This document shows positions 1 through 13,470 of a stretch of 64,000 nt of DNA, one piece after another. The notes beneath the pieces were generated by a model. The model was not told the DNA's origin and ran no database searches. It was given only the letters and a program-made list of their open reading frames with translations. Source of the DNA: Paraspadella gotoi (taxonomy: Eukaryota; Animalia; Chaetognatha); the NCBI GenBank assembly GCA_051294375.1, contig JBJCIZ010000040.1, positions 166,330 to 230,329 of the forward strand. Direction: 5' to 3'. Made by a program: the position numbers and the translations under genes. Every line of letters begins with the position of its first letter. Within the stretch, counting starts at the first letter, position 1.

Positions 1-2360
1 AAAATTGAAAAATGAAGCTTTGGGAGATAGTTTTCTTTCGGGAGTGGAAGAAAACTTTAAAACACGGTTTCCTTTTGTACGTAAAAAAATTAAAAACTTT
101 TTTTTTGATGACGAAAACAAAAAAAAACGAAATGTTGTTGAAGGCGATTTTTGTATTAAAAAAATTTAAATTTAAAATTTGAATTTAAAATTCAAATTGA
201 AAATAAAAACTTTTTTTCTTGATGACGAAACAATCCTCCGTACCAAACCTCTTCAAGTAATCCTTTGTCAGCGTCCTCCAGTGAGAGAACCGCATTTTCC
301 GCATTTTCTGCATTTTTTTATTTTTTCCTTCACTCCTCCCACACCGGACCATCAACACCGNNNNNNNNNNNNNNNNNNNNNNNNNCCGAGTTTCGAATTT
401 CGGGTTTTTAAACTCGAATCGGGGTTCAAATTCAAAAGGGGGGACGGAAAGGAGAAACGGTGTTGATGGTCCGGTGTGGGAGGAGTGAAGGAAAAAAAAT
501 GCCGAAAATGCGGAAAATACGGTTCTCTCACTGGAGGGCGCTGACAAAGGATTACTTGAAGAGGTTTGGTACGGAGGAAAAATTGAAAAATGAAGCTTTG
601 GGAGATAGTTTTCTTTCGGGAGTGGAAGAAAACTTTAAAACACGGTTTCCTTTTGTACGTAAAAAAATTAAAAACTTTTTTTTTGATGACGAAAACAAAA
701 AAAAACGAAATGTTGTTGAAGGCGATTTTTGTATTAAAAAAATTTAAATTTAAAATTTGAATTTAAAATTCAAATTGAAAATAAAAACTTTTTTTCTTGA
801 TGACGAAACAAGGCTCCAAATTTATAAGGCACAAAGGTTTGAAATTTGAAATCCAAAATTAGAATTGGAGCCATTGAAACTAGACATTCAAGTCCCGAAA
901 TTGAAGTCAAGCTTGAAACAGAATAAGACCATTCTAATCTGGTTTAGGCCTTGAATTTGAATTATGACTCGAATTTAGTTTTAATTTCTATCCCCATTGG
1001 TATTTCAGTATTTTGAACCTCGATACCGGATTAGAAAAAAATGAAATCAGGATTTAAGCTTTAAAAATCTAAAGTCAATCTCGATTTCAGCCTCTCTAAT
1101 CTCAACCCAACTCTATGCAACCCAATCCCTCCATTTGTCTCAATTGAACTATTTTGACTCAATTGTTTCCAGTTGGAGTTAATTTTGGGTCCAANNNNNN
1201 NNNNGAGATAAACGAAGCGTGTGTACGTCGTCAGTTTTTCCCTCGCTTCACCGATCCCAGATGCACAAAGGGCCAGTGGCGCGCCCATTCTGAACGCTGC
1301 GCTTACTGCAGGTGCTGCGCTTTCTGCACTGTCTGCTCTCTCGATACTCACCCTACTCGCTTTTACCCAACCCTCACGGAGGAGGAGGAGCAAAACAGAA
1401 CCGCGACCGAGGACCAACCAGAAGATCTGGCCGAGCCGTTTCGATCGCTGCACACCCGCTCGCCTGAAGCCCCGTCTCCCGACTCCTCAATCGAATCTGA
1501 CCTCTCGAGATAGACGAACGTACATCGCGGATCCCAAAAAAAAAATAAAATAAAATATAATAATAATAATAATAATAAGAATAAGAAAATAAATAATAAA
1601 AAAAATAAACAAAATAAATATATAAATAAATAAAAATAGATAATAATAAATCGAAAGAACGCGACGTCTCTCTTTTTTTTTCCTTTCTCTCCCTCTCTCT
1701 CTCTCTCTCAAAAAAAAAAGAGATTTCACCTTTCTCCATCTCCACTTTCAAAAGTAAACCGTCTACCTTTTTTTCTCTCTCTCTCTCTTTCAAATAAAAA
1801 AAGAAAAAGACTTTGTCTTTTCTCCTTTTCCACTCTCAAAAGTAAACCTTTTTTTTCCTTCCCTTTCCTCGTCCATCAAAAGGGGATTGTCCTTTAAATT
1901 TCTTTTCTCCTTTTCAATTTAAACTTTTTTTAATACAAAAATCGCCTTCAACAACACTTTGTTTTTTTTGTTTCGTCATCAAAAAGAAAAAAAAGGTTTT
2001 TATTTTCAATTTGAATTTCTAAATTCAAATTTTAAATTTAAATTTTTTTTAATACAAAAATCGCCTTCAACAACATTTCGTTTTTTTTTGTTTCGTCATC
2101 AAGAAAAAAAAAGTTTTTATTTTCAATTTGAATTTTTAAATTCAAATTTTAAATTTAAATTTTTTTAATACAAAAATCGCCTTCAACAACATTTCGTTTT
2201 TTTTTGTTTTCGTCATCAAAAAAAAAAGTTTTTAATTTTTTTACGTACAAAAGGAAACCGTGTTTTAAAGTTTTCTTCCACTCCCGAAAGAAAACTATCT
2301 CCCAAAGCTTCATTTTTCAATTTTTCCTCCGTACCAAACCTCTTCAAGTAATCCTTTGTC
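1..2360. repeat. Jumbled direct/inverted copies of an AT-rich leader block next to N-gaps
   Basis: 1-232 is repeated at 580-810. 235-358 is the reverse complement of 458-580. 1925-2360 is the reverse complement of the 1-230/545-810 block and includes three ~120-bp tandem units (AATACAAAAATCGCCTTCAACAAC...). Confidence 0.8.
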
Positions 2361-2384
2361 AGCATTCGCTGTACGCATCTTTAC

Positions 2385-2640
2385 TCTTCCGCCATCTTTA
2401 TTCTCCGCCATCTTTATTCTCCGCCATTTTCATTCTCCGCCATCTCTTTATTCTCCCGCCATCTTTAATTCTCCGCCATTCTTACTCTCCGCCATCTTTA
2501 ATCTCCGCCCATCTTTACTCTCGCGCCCCCATTTTTCTTTTTTCTCCGCCATTTTCATTCTCCTGCCATCTTTATTTCTCCGCCATCTTTATTCTCCGCC
2601 ATTTTTACTCTCCGCATTTTCATTCTCCGCCATCTTCATN
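2385..2640 (+). repeat. ~16-bp minisatellite (ATTCTCCGCCATCTTT)n in the leader of Gypsy element 1
   Basis: Repeated CTCCGCCAT(C/T)TTT units. The same array recurs at ~3595-4010 and 5515-5545, directly upstream of gag. Confidence 0.9.
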
Positions 2641-2664
2641 NNNNNNNNNNNNNNNNNNNNNNNN

Positions 2665-5500
2665 TCTTTGTTCAGCTGCCCTCCATTAGTGAGAGACGAC
2701 CGCATTTTCTCCGCATTTTTCGGCATCTTTTTTTTTCCCTTCACTCCTCCCACATCCTCGACCATATCAACCACCGTTCTCCTTTCCGTCCCCCCTTTTT
2801 GAATTTGAACCTCCGATTCCGAGTTTAAAAACCGGCGAAATTCGAGAACTCGGGCTGCCAAAATTTATTATAGGCACTGAAGGGCTTTGAAATTGAATCC
2901 AAAGTTTATATTGGAGCCATTGAAACTAGAGCATTCATAGTCCCGAATATGAAGTTCAAGCTATGAATACAGAATAAGACCATTTCTAATCTGTGGTTAG
3001 CCTTGATTTTGAATTATGACTCGAATTTTAGTTTTTAATTTCTATCCCCATGGTATAGTTTTCTCAGTATTTTGAACGCTCGATAACCGGTATTATTCGA
3101 AAAAGATGAAATCAGGATTGTGAAGCTTTATAAATCTAAAGTCAATTCATCGATTCACCTCTCTAATCTCAACCCAACGTCTATTGAACCCAATCCCTCC
3201 ATTTTGTTCTCAATTGACACTATTTGACTCAATTGTTTCCAGTTGGAGTTAATTTTTGGGCCAACCACTTTGTATCCGAACCTCACGTTTTTACTTTGGC
3301 AGTCCCGAACCCAGTATTCAAAAGATTCATCCTCCCTTGGATCATCAAAACTGTTCAACAAATTCAATTTTAAATTTTCGTCTTCGCCAATTCACCACCT
3401 TTTTTTTTTCTTTCTTCTCATTCTGCTACCTCCGTCCCACCTTTTACTCTCGACTTACCGCCCACGCCACACGACCATTTGCGCCAACTTAACTCCTTCC
3501 GTCTCTGCCCCTCCTTCACCGGCCCCACCCTTTCCCCTCGACCCTGATTTACCGCCGCCTGATTAATTCGCCCCCGTTCCTTCGCCTCTCTCCTGCCGGC
3601 CATTTTTATTTCTCCCGCCTATTTTTTCATTCTTCCGCCATCTTTTATTCTCCGGCCCATCTTTTAATTCCTCCGCCATCTTTACTCTCGCGCCCCATTA
3701 CTTTTACTTCTGCCTGCCCCATCTATTATTCGTTTAGCCATCTTTATTCTCCGCATTTTCCCCATTGTTCATTCTTCCGCCATTCATTTATTCTCCCCGC
3801 CATCTTTAATTCTCCGCCATCTTTACTCTCCGCCATCTTTAATCTCCATTTTACTTCCGCCCATTTTCTTTTTTCTCCGCCATTTTCATTTCTCCTGACC
3901 ATCTTTATTTCTCCGGCCATCTTTATTTCTCCGGCCATTTTTTACTCATCCAGCATTTTTCATTCTCCGCCTCATCTCATTTCTCCGCAACATCTTTATT
4001 CTCGCCATTTTTTTTCCTGGTCACCCAACCTCTTCCACCAACTTTTCCGTTCCAGTTGTCCTCTTTCTTGAATCTCATTTCCTTTTCTGAACTTCGCTCT
4101 TCAACCCTTCTTTAGCCAACCTTACTCCCTTTTCACCTTGCTTTATCCCCCAATCCCGTTCCTATCTATACCTGTATTTTACACCAACCCTTGGATAAAC
4201 TCATAACCCACAATGTCTCCAATCACAGTCAGGACCTGCCCTATGAAGCCTGAATTTCCTAAGACTCAAGCAAACGGGGAAGTCTGAGCAAGTGAAGCCG
4301 AGACATACAACCCCAGCCAAGTAGACATAGGTCCATGATCATGCTTCTCTGTAGATGTATTGTCGCTCAGCAAGGACAACTAAAATTTCCCAAATCTATA
4401 AATAACTAAAAGACAGATAGAGGCAGACGTATTTAACGGCGAGTAGAAAGAAGACCGGTCACTATGGGAGGGACCCTATATAGTATACCTATTAAACAAC
4501 AAACTCAGAGGGCTAACCTGGCACATACCCACCCATACGCTCTCACACAGGGAAAAACAGTAAATATTCAAGGAAGATGTATTATGTGACACTTGTGCAG
4601 GTTTGCAACTTGAATCCTTGGTGGATTTTTTACCCGCATAAAATTTCAAACCGATACAATTTTTTTGTCCCACTATTCTTAGTCGCTAATGCAGAGAATG
4701 TACTTTTGATACTGCACGCAAATTGTTCTTTAACTCCCGAACTGAAGAAGTGCGACGAATTCCAGCTACTGCGCGCGCAGCAGAGAACAAGACTGTTGCT
4801 CGAAAGCATCTTTGAGTAAGAGTATGAAAACAAATATGCTATCGCAAATCGGTAAGTGTCATCGCGCGAGACGACGTAGATCCGTGGGAGTATTCAAGTG
4901 ACTCATCAAGAAAATGACACAGATCCTTTGTCTCAAAGTACTAAGAGTGGATGGCATAACTGCCGCGCGCGAAAGATGGCCCCTTTGAAATTACTCGCGC
5001 AAAAACATGTGCGCGAAGAAACTAGACTAGCTCATACGCGCTGGTTCGATTCGAATTTTCATTTTTCTCTGTAGAGTGCAGTATGATTTGTGCCTTCAAT
5101 CTCGTCGCAGCAATTAGTGTTGCCTCGCGCTCTCCAAAGGATGAGCTGACAAGAATTTGCTAGCAGAATTTCACGCAGGTTTCCCGTTCTTCATATGGAA
5201 GTCGACGACGCCTTTTCACATCTCGGCAGTACGGTTCCTATCAAAGATACTTACCCTGACGAGAACACTAGGACATTTTTTACCTTAAGATCAATCATAC
5301 AAGGACTATGGCACTACGATGCTCTCAGATCATCATCTATACTAGGCGAACTTGTTACACTATTATCCCTGGACCTGCCTCCCAGCACACCGCCACGCAG
5401 AAGTCTCTCGCGCTCTGGATAGAATTGGCTCTACGGTGGTGGCACCTTTCCCAAAATCAGCAAACAGAATCGTGTTAATTCTATCTCATGACTCTCCCAA
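2665..5500 (+). other. Error-rich (raw long-read-like) duplicate of the element-1 leader and gag 5' end
   Basis: 2665-3260 is an indel-rich copy of sequence at 262-1194. 4010-4350 copies 5540-5860. 4740-4830 copies 6011-6095. The differences are mostly scattered insertions, and the segment starts at an N-gap. Confidence 0.8.
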
Positions 5501-5727
5501 TCTCTCTGCTTTTTTCTCCGCCATCTTTATTCTCCGCCATTTTTTTTCCTGGTCACCACCCTTCCACCAACTTTCCGTTCCATTTCCTCTTCTTGAACTC
5601 ATTTCCTTTTCTGAACTTCGCCTCACCCCTTCTTAGCCAACCTTACCCCTTTTCACCTTGCTTTATCCCCCATCCCGTCCTATCTTACCTTATCTTACCA
5701 CCAACCCTTGGATAAACCATACCCACA

Positions 5728-7855
5728 ATGTCTCAATCACAGTCAGGACCCTGCCCTATGAAGCCTGAGTTCCACGACCAAGCAAACGGGGAATCTGAGC
5801 CAAGTGAAGCCAGACAACACCCCAGGCAAAGACATAGGTCCAGATCATCTTCCTTAGATGCCAGCAAGGCAACTTTAAACAGGGCACGTTCACGCGAAAG
5901 AAGACCAGGCACATGGGAGGGACCCCAGTTCCAACAACACAGAGGAACCACACCAAACCCTGATTCAGAAGAATCAGATAATGAAGATAGCCTGACAGAA
6001 ATTGATGACCAACTGAAGAAAGTGGACGAATTCCAAGAGCTTGCGAGAGAAAAAGACGTGCTCAAAGCATCTTTGGAAGAGTATGAAAACAAATTGAATG
6101 ATGCTGAGAGCGAAATCCTGGGATTCAAAGACAAGAATGAAGACCTTGTCAGACAAAATGTAGATCTGCGCAAAGCCCTTGAAAACTAGAAAAACATGGA
6201 GTCTGCAAGGTCAACTGAAAGAGTGATTGCGGAGCTGCCAGCGTTTATTGAAGACGATGACGCCTTCACATCGGTCTCAAACTCCACAACTAGACACACC
6301 AAGACAAAAGACTTGACGCCCAGACCTTCAGCAACTATTATCCCTGGAACCCTCCCAGCCACCCCCACCCTGAACAGATTCTTTGGCAGGGGCGAACCCC
6401 CAAAATCAGCAAAACGAAGACCCTCCACTCCCCACGAGGACCACCCTAACAGGACGATGGATACCTTCAGCGACCATGTCCCCGACAAGGAAAAGGACGA
6501 TCGAAGATGTGGACAATGACCTGCGTGAAATCCGCAGAGAACTCAGAAAGGAACGGGAAGAAAGAGAAAGAGAAAGATTGGCTAAGGAAGAAGAAAGAAC
6601 GGCAAAAGAAGCCGAAAAAAGAAAAAAAAGGGAATACAAATACAGGCTGCAACAATTAACTGACAGACTCAATGGAATCAGCATTTCAACCAGCAGATCA
6701 GGCTCAGAGAGCAAGTCACCCACAACCTGCTCCAACACGTCACCAAAGCGAGGCAGCCACAGAGCCCTTCTGTGCAAAGAAGAGGACGCCAACATAGGGG
6801 ATGGAGACACCATACCCAGAGGGATAGGCAAGGTAAAAGGAAAACACTTCCCCCAAAGAGACAAATATCCCGCCTTTAGCGAATATTTCGCCGCCCTGAA
6901 AGAGAGCATACGAAACTGCACAGGGCAAGGATACACACTGTCCGAAATTGCCTGGGAGCTCTACCTGCATGCCCAAGAGAGCTCTTACGGAGGCGAATTT
7001 CTACACCAGCTAAACCGCCTCGGACTGAGCGACAAAAAGAAAACGGTCGAAGGCATCTTGAAAGCGATCAAGATGTCGGACTTTGATCACCGGTTTCTCA
7101 GCGCATGGGAGCGTTTCGCACAGCTCCGTAAAGCTGAATCCGAGGACGTAGCTAATTGGATGAGAAGACTGGAAACGGCCTATGATGCATGCAAGCATGT
7201 CTTCGAAGATGCAGAGGAGTTCCTCTCCAGGAGAACTTATGAGATAAAAAAGCAATTCTTCAAAGGAGGAGACTTCCCAGAGTGGATGGCAGCCCAGCTC
7301 AGACCATTCCACGACCTAACAGAGCTAGTCCTAAGCTGCAGGGCACTGGTTACCAAGGAAAAAGAAAAAAGGCAGAAACAAGCCAACGGGCAGACCCAAC
7401 AAGCCCCACAACAAAGACCATTCAAACCACGTCAACAAATCCAGTTCCAAACACAGCAGACCAACCAAGGGTATCGTCCACTGCAGCAATCCCCCGCATA
7501 GCATCAGCAACACCAGCCACCCCCACCTCCACAAGCCCACCAACCAGTGCAGCCCCTGATGCCACAGCAGCAGCATCAAGCCTTTGTGGCCACAACAACA
7601 CCACTCATAAAGCCTCCATCCTTCAGACCAAGATGGTCAGACAGGGCGCCAGCCCCAACAAGTGAGAGGCGACTACCAATAGGTGCAGAAAGGAACTTCA
7701 GAGGCACCCTCTGCACTAACTGCAGGCTCATAAACAACCACTTATCAGGACACTGCCCATACCAGGACTACTGCGGACACTGTCAGACAGAAAATGACCA
7801 CCCCTCCTACCGGTGCCCCATGCAGCAGCAACATCAACAGGCTAACCTGCATTGA
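5728..7855 (+). pseudogene. gag: gag of element 1 (2 in-frame TAG, one +1 frameshift near 6495)
   Basis: 5728-6189 and 6196-6519 are in frame across TAG 6187. A shift near DKEK/TIEDVDND joins 6383-7501, which continues in frame across TAG 7499 to two knuckles, CTNCRLINNHLSGHC and CGHCQTENDHPSYRC. Confidence 0.85.
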
Positions 7856-10800
7856 CAGAAAGCCGCGCTCCCGGGCGAGGACATTCTTGACGTCCTCTGT
7901 GAGACCCTTATGGCATCCCTCCCACAAAGATTTAGAAACATAGAAAATGCAAAAAAAGAAATTATAACTACATGCCTCACATCAGACCTAGCTAAAAGCC
8001 CCCACTACTTTCAAGACGCCTTGTTAGACCTGCCCGGAGGTGCCCTCGTCAAAGCCTTGGAGTCCATACTCGACGCCAATGTCACAGTACTCCAAGAGAA
8101 CCACCCTGTACATAAATCCGCTGGCAACTGGACAAATGACTTAGTCCTAATTTACAGCGACGACCCACCAATGTTCTACTCACAGTTCAAGATTTCCCCC
8201 AACACCCACTCAAAAACCCCTGCCGCCCAAACACTGCAACCTCATTCCCAACCCATGCCAGTCCCGCCACCAACCCAGCGCTCATCCCAGCCAAAACCCT
8301 CGCCTCGACCCACCTCATCAACAACCCCTGAGAAGCCATCACCCCTGGCTACGCCCCGCCACCATCAGCCCAGCGCTCATCCCAGCCCGAACCCTCGCCT
8401 CAACCCACCTCATCAACAACCCCTGAGAAGCCATCACTCGCTACACCCCGCCGCCATCAGCCCAGCGCTCATCCCAGCCCAAACCCTCACCCCGACCCAC
8501 CTCAACAACAACCCCTGAGAAGCCATCAAATTCCCACCTACGACCTCAACCAAACCCTTCACCCACGCCTCGTCCCACCCCTGAGAGGCCAGCGAAACGC
8601 CCACCACCACTACCGAGGAAACTCCCAACCCCAAAGGACCCAACCCGCGAGAAATCGTCAGAACGCCCACCACTGCTACCAAACAAGCCCTCGTCCCAAT
8701 CTAACCTAACCCAAGAACATATACCAAAACAACCATCCCCGCCAACGGAACCCCCATCTAAACCTGAACTGACCCGGGAAAAGTTACCGAAGTGCTTTCG
8801 ACAACTCAACAACCTGCGCCCTGCCACAAGAGAACTCCTAATCAACGCCATGGGACCTGGACCAGCAACTGCCAGAGTCAAGGCGACATTGGATAATATC
8901 AGACTAGGAAGAAACATAACCAACAGCATGGAACTGGACACCATTTTGGAAGCAAGCCACGAGACCGAGATAACAACCCTTCCTGAAATTTTCAACCCCA
9001 ATGAGACCGACATAACCTACCCCAAATCCCTGGACTCCCATGACACTGTGGATGAAGCTTTCATCACAGACCAAACAGCCCTGGCAGCGTGCATCAACCA
9101 TGAAAGAAGAAACCATTACATTGACCCCAGCAGCTGGACCATCGCAGACCTTGTTGCATACTGGTCCCCCTCACCCTTCAACAAATCTAACACAGTCACC
9201 CTCCAACACACCATCAGCGCTAACCAGCAAGTTGCAGGATGCATCATGTATCTCGTGGGGATCTTCCCAAACAAGAAAATCAAGGCAATGACAATAGACA
9301 CCGGAGCAACCATCTCCATGATGAGCTTGTCAATGGCCAAAGAACTTAACCTCCCCCTCTCCAGACGAAATGCATGCAATGTGCGCACAGCAAATGGACC
9401 AATAACTGCAGATAGGCTAGCAATTACACTCGTAGACCTCATAGTTGTGAAAACCCAGATCGAGTTCCTTATCATTGACAATCCCAGCTTCCCACACTCC
9501 TTCATCCTCCTTGGATCGTCTTTCCTGAGGTCATACAACTTCAGCCTGGATCGGAATTTCCTCACCCTAACAAACTCCATCAAAATCCCACTTATGGCGG
9601 GACTACAAAACGCTGAAAAGCATATCAACATGATCCATAAAGATTACATATCAGTGGCCGGAGAAGGACTGAGGATGGCAGGCAACAAATCAATCCCACC
9701 CAAAGGAACCATCACGATTAAAACTTTCCTAGACGAAACAAACAGTAACAAATACACAGGTACTTGGGTTCATTATGAAAATGGCATAAAAGGAATGAAA
9801 GGAGTCTACACCCTTGACATGCTCATTAATAATGACCATGACTACCTACATGACCCAATTAACCTGATTGTAAGAAATGATACAGACAAAGAAATAACAA
9901 TCACACAAGGCACCTACCTTGGTACGTTACGAACAGTGGTTGATGAAAAACTTAAAATAGAACTACAAAGCTGCACCCTAGCTGAAGTCTCAGCAATTGT
10001 CCCAAAACCAAAGCATGGAAGAATCACCCAGGCATGGCTTAACCTTGCCCGAACCTCTGTGGACAACAACATAACTCACATGACTGAAAACCCCGAGAAG
10101 GGAACAACTAGGAACCCTACCATAGGATCCCACATGGAGGGCCTCGAAGAAGGTGAGATTGCCGATGACGACGATGGAGTTGAAGCACCCCCGTGGCTGC
10201 TCAACACACTGGAGGAGATTAACAAAACCGAAAAAGAAAACGAACCACAAACCCCCAAAGAAACAAAGATAATTGAACGTGATGACATGCCTAAACACAA
10301 GATTGATGCAGCAATCAAAAAAGTGCAACGAGACATGGAGAACTACTGGGATGAAAAAGGCAGAGAAAGCCTCTTGAAGAAGGTCATCATTGGGGAAAGA
10401 CTCACCGAGGACCAAAGGCGCCGCTGCGAGGACCTCACTTGGGAATACCGCTGCCTCTTCGCGACCAATTTTCAACATTCAGAGGCAGGGATCCGCGACT
10501 ATGCAGTCGACATAGCCTATGACCCAGACAAGGTCATTGCTGCAAACCCCCGACCGACAGGGGTCTTCCAGAAGCAACTCTTGTCTAGATATATAAATAT
10601 CCTCCTAAGAGCAAATGTCCTAGAGCCATCCAGACACTCATCAGTGGCAAACGCCTTTGTCATTGAAAAGAAGAATTGCAAAATAAGATCTGTCGAACAA
10701 CTGGCAAATGCAACCGATGAGGACATCTCAGCCAACTTTCGCCTCGTTGCCGACCAGGCACATTTGGGAAAGGCCATGAAACCCTTCTCCAACTACCTGG

Positions 10801-13470
10801 TAACAATGAGGGAAATGATGACGTTTATGGAATCGGGCGCCTTCTACACGACAGCCGACTTCTCCAACTATTTTTACAGCCTCCCACTGTCACTTGGATG
10901 CCGTGGAATCACCGCAATCTATGGGGGTGATGGAAAATCTTACAATTTCCAGTGAGTAACCATGGGAGCATCGCCAGCCTTCCCCACTGCATCCCGCATT
11001 GTAGAGCTAACCTTCAGAGACTGCTTCCCAGTAGGCAACTTCCTCTCCTATGCTGACAACTTCAGCCTCAAGAGCAAAACAATCGAAGAAAGCCTGGATC
11101 AGTACAGAACATTTTTAGCCCGCTGCAAACACCAAAACCTCCTGCTGAAACCTGGGGAGGTCTGTGTAGCAATGAATGTTGAGGACAAAAATGGGGCCTT
11201 CCAATTCTTAGGCTTTGAGTTCAGGGAAGGGAAAGTTTTCCGTGGCAAAAAGAAGCTGGCAGACTACTCATCGCGCCCACTCCCAACAAGCAGAGTAAAA
11301 GTCATGCAGCTCGCCCAGTCCTTAAACTTCTTCCGAACCTTTAGCCCACGCTTTGCCAACGAACAAAAACAACTGTATGATGAAGTGGAAAGGCAAAGAC
11401 AATCAGCAAGCAAGTTCAAACTAACACCAAAGATGGTACAACATCTCCGAGAACTTCTCCATCTGGTTACTGATAGCAACGGACTGCACCTGCTCGTAGA
11501 AGAAGATGTTGACAAGAGTGTCTTCCTTCTCTTTAGCGACGCTTCAGACATCAGCTATGGAGCAGCACTCTTCACACTAAGAAATGATAAAATGCTGTGC
11601 ATATACGCAATATCCAGGATGTTCAACCAACAGCAGTTAAAATACCACATTAACCGAAAAGAACTCATTGGACTCCACCATGCAATGCACCAAATGGCAT
11701 TATTCCTCAAGTTCCGCAAGTTCCTTGTTGTGACGGACTCCGCATCAGTCCACAGCTGGGCACGAACACAAATTTCATCGCTACCCACATCCGTGCGGAC
11801 CCTACTGCTCCAAATGAGAGAAACTTTCTGCTTCCGCACCATACTGTGCAAATCAGGAGACCAACTTGCGGACCTGCTCACAAGATATGTGAAACCAGAG
11901 ACATGCTACGAACAGGTGGAAGACACCCTCTTCAAGCTCCACCAGGGCCCAAAACCGGACCACCATCTAGATGATGTAACCTTGGAAGAAACATGCGCCG
12001 CAGAGATTCTGGCTCACAACCAGGCATTCATGGAAAACACCACAAGCGACCATGTAGAGGACGTCATAACAGACTCAGCAAGATCATGTGATCAAGCCTG
12101 TTACACCGCACAAAATGACTGGGAATATGAAGCCCAGGGAACACCAGCGAACCCTAGTATGTGGGAAGTAGAAGATGAACCGAGCTGGCCCGCTGAACTC
12201 CTAGCAGACACACCAGAGAGCAATGACTCGGACGAAAGCAATACTGCCTTCATGGCACCAGTCACCCGAGCACAGACCAAATTACTAGGACAGAAACGCC
12301 CACCCAGTGACTCAGAATCACCTACTGGAAATCAGATCAAACCTCCAAGTGGTCAATGGGACACTGTTTTTCCTAAATCTCCTTGAGGATGGCTCCACCC
12401 TGAACACTGTCGTCGTCCCACCCGTTAAGGCAAACGAACTAGTAGAGAAAATCCACCTAGACCTAGCACATATCAACCCATCCAGGCTTAGATGCTCCAT
12501 CTCAAGAAAATATTACATCCATGACCTACGCAAAGTGTGCAACAAGTGCTTCCAGTCGTGCGAGAACTGCCGACAAGCACAAAAGGCAAAACTGACAAAA
12601 GGTAGAAAAGTCCAGATATTTGACTCCAAAGTAGGCAACACGCTCCATGCAGACTTACTACAGCTCGAAGATAGCCACTCGTATAAGTTTCTGCTAATAA
12701 TGATAGACCTGTGCTCAAGATATGTATTCGCAGAAGCCCTTAAAACCAAAACAGCAGAAGCAGTTGCAGGTGCGATCACAAACATCTGCCTCACATTCCA
12801 AATATGCCCCACAACACTAGAGACAGACCTGGGGAAAGAATTCCAAAACACTTTGATGGACTCGCTCAAGAGCCAACTAGGCTTTACCTGCATAGGCCTA
12901 AGACCTTCCCAGAAAAACTCCAATTTAGCAGAGAAGGTAAATGCTACAATCATAGACCTTTTCCGCCGACTACACCCATCAGGAGAACCTTGGACAGCGA
13001 CTTGGAAAACAGTGATAAGGGCTATCAACCTTGCCCCCATAAAATATTCGGAAGGGCTTGCTGTCTCCCCATACAAGCTGTTTTTTGGTCGAGAACCCAC
13101 CCTCCCGGGCTTGTCGTCAGAACAAGTAACACCACCCACGGATTCTGAAGAATCCTACCAGCTTGACAAAGAAGACAGAACCAATGACCTCCTCCAGAAG
13201 ATCTGCAAGGCCCGCAACCTGGAGACACCCCCAAGCCTGATCCTCCGTGGCACGGACACATTTGAGGCTGGGGAGAAAATCCTCGTATGGAGAGACTTTG
13301 TTGAAAAAGAAAAGTCATCAAAAGTCAAACAGCTCCAGTATAAACTCATACCCAAATATGAACCAGCTATGGTCCTGAAGAGAAATGGTGACCAATATCT
13401 AATAAAGCCAGTGGATGGCTCAAAGCAACGGATTGTCCACAGAAGAACAATGAAGAAAACTAAGCAATAA
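7856..13470 (+). pseudogene. pol: pol of element 1: Pro-rich spacer, aspartic protease, RT, RNase H, integrase
   Basis: PR: IDTGATIS. RT: FRLVAD, ADFSNYFYSL, FQ*VTMG (TGA 10953 where Arg is expected), YADN, FLGF. RH: FSDAS, NRKEL, VTDS, ADLLTR. IN: HLDLAH..CENC, HADL, ETDLGKEF, NLAE. Frameshifts in the 8274-8560 repeats and near 12295. Confidence 0.93.
8274..8590 (+). repeat. ~93-96-bp coding tandem repeat (QRSSQPKPSPRPTSSTTPEKPS-like)
   Basis: CCCAGCGCTCATCCCAGCC starts at 8274, 8369 and 8461 (spacings 95 and 92). Each spacing is one base short of a codon multiple, which explains the frameshifts. Confidence 0.85.

Noticed and set aside
1-2360. DIRS-like inverted or split terminal repeats
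   Set aside because: The inversions abut N-gaps, and the read-like segment 2665-3260 shows the blocks colinear. The element has a DDE integrase, not a tyrosine recombinase.
2385-4010. CRISPR-like array
   Set aside because: Tandem units have no unique spacers, there are no cas genes, and the context is eukaryotic. The same applies to 16436-16675.
4360-5480. Novel small ORFs
   Set aside because: Noisy duplicate of gag 5860-6500.
9660-9960. Active dUTPase after the protease
   Set aside because: Only a beta-rich vestigial pattern (IVRNDTDKEITITQGTYLG) common in Gypsy Pol; catalytic motifs are absent.
6187-13470. Stop-codon reassignment (in-frame TAG/TGA/TAA inside TE ORFs)
   Set aside because: The stops are those expected from C>T transitions of CAG/CAA/CGA, they co-occur with frameshifts, and TAA/TGA end ORFs normally elsewhere.
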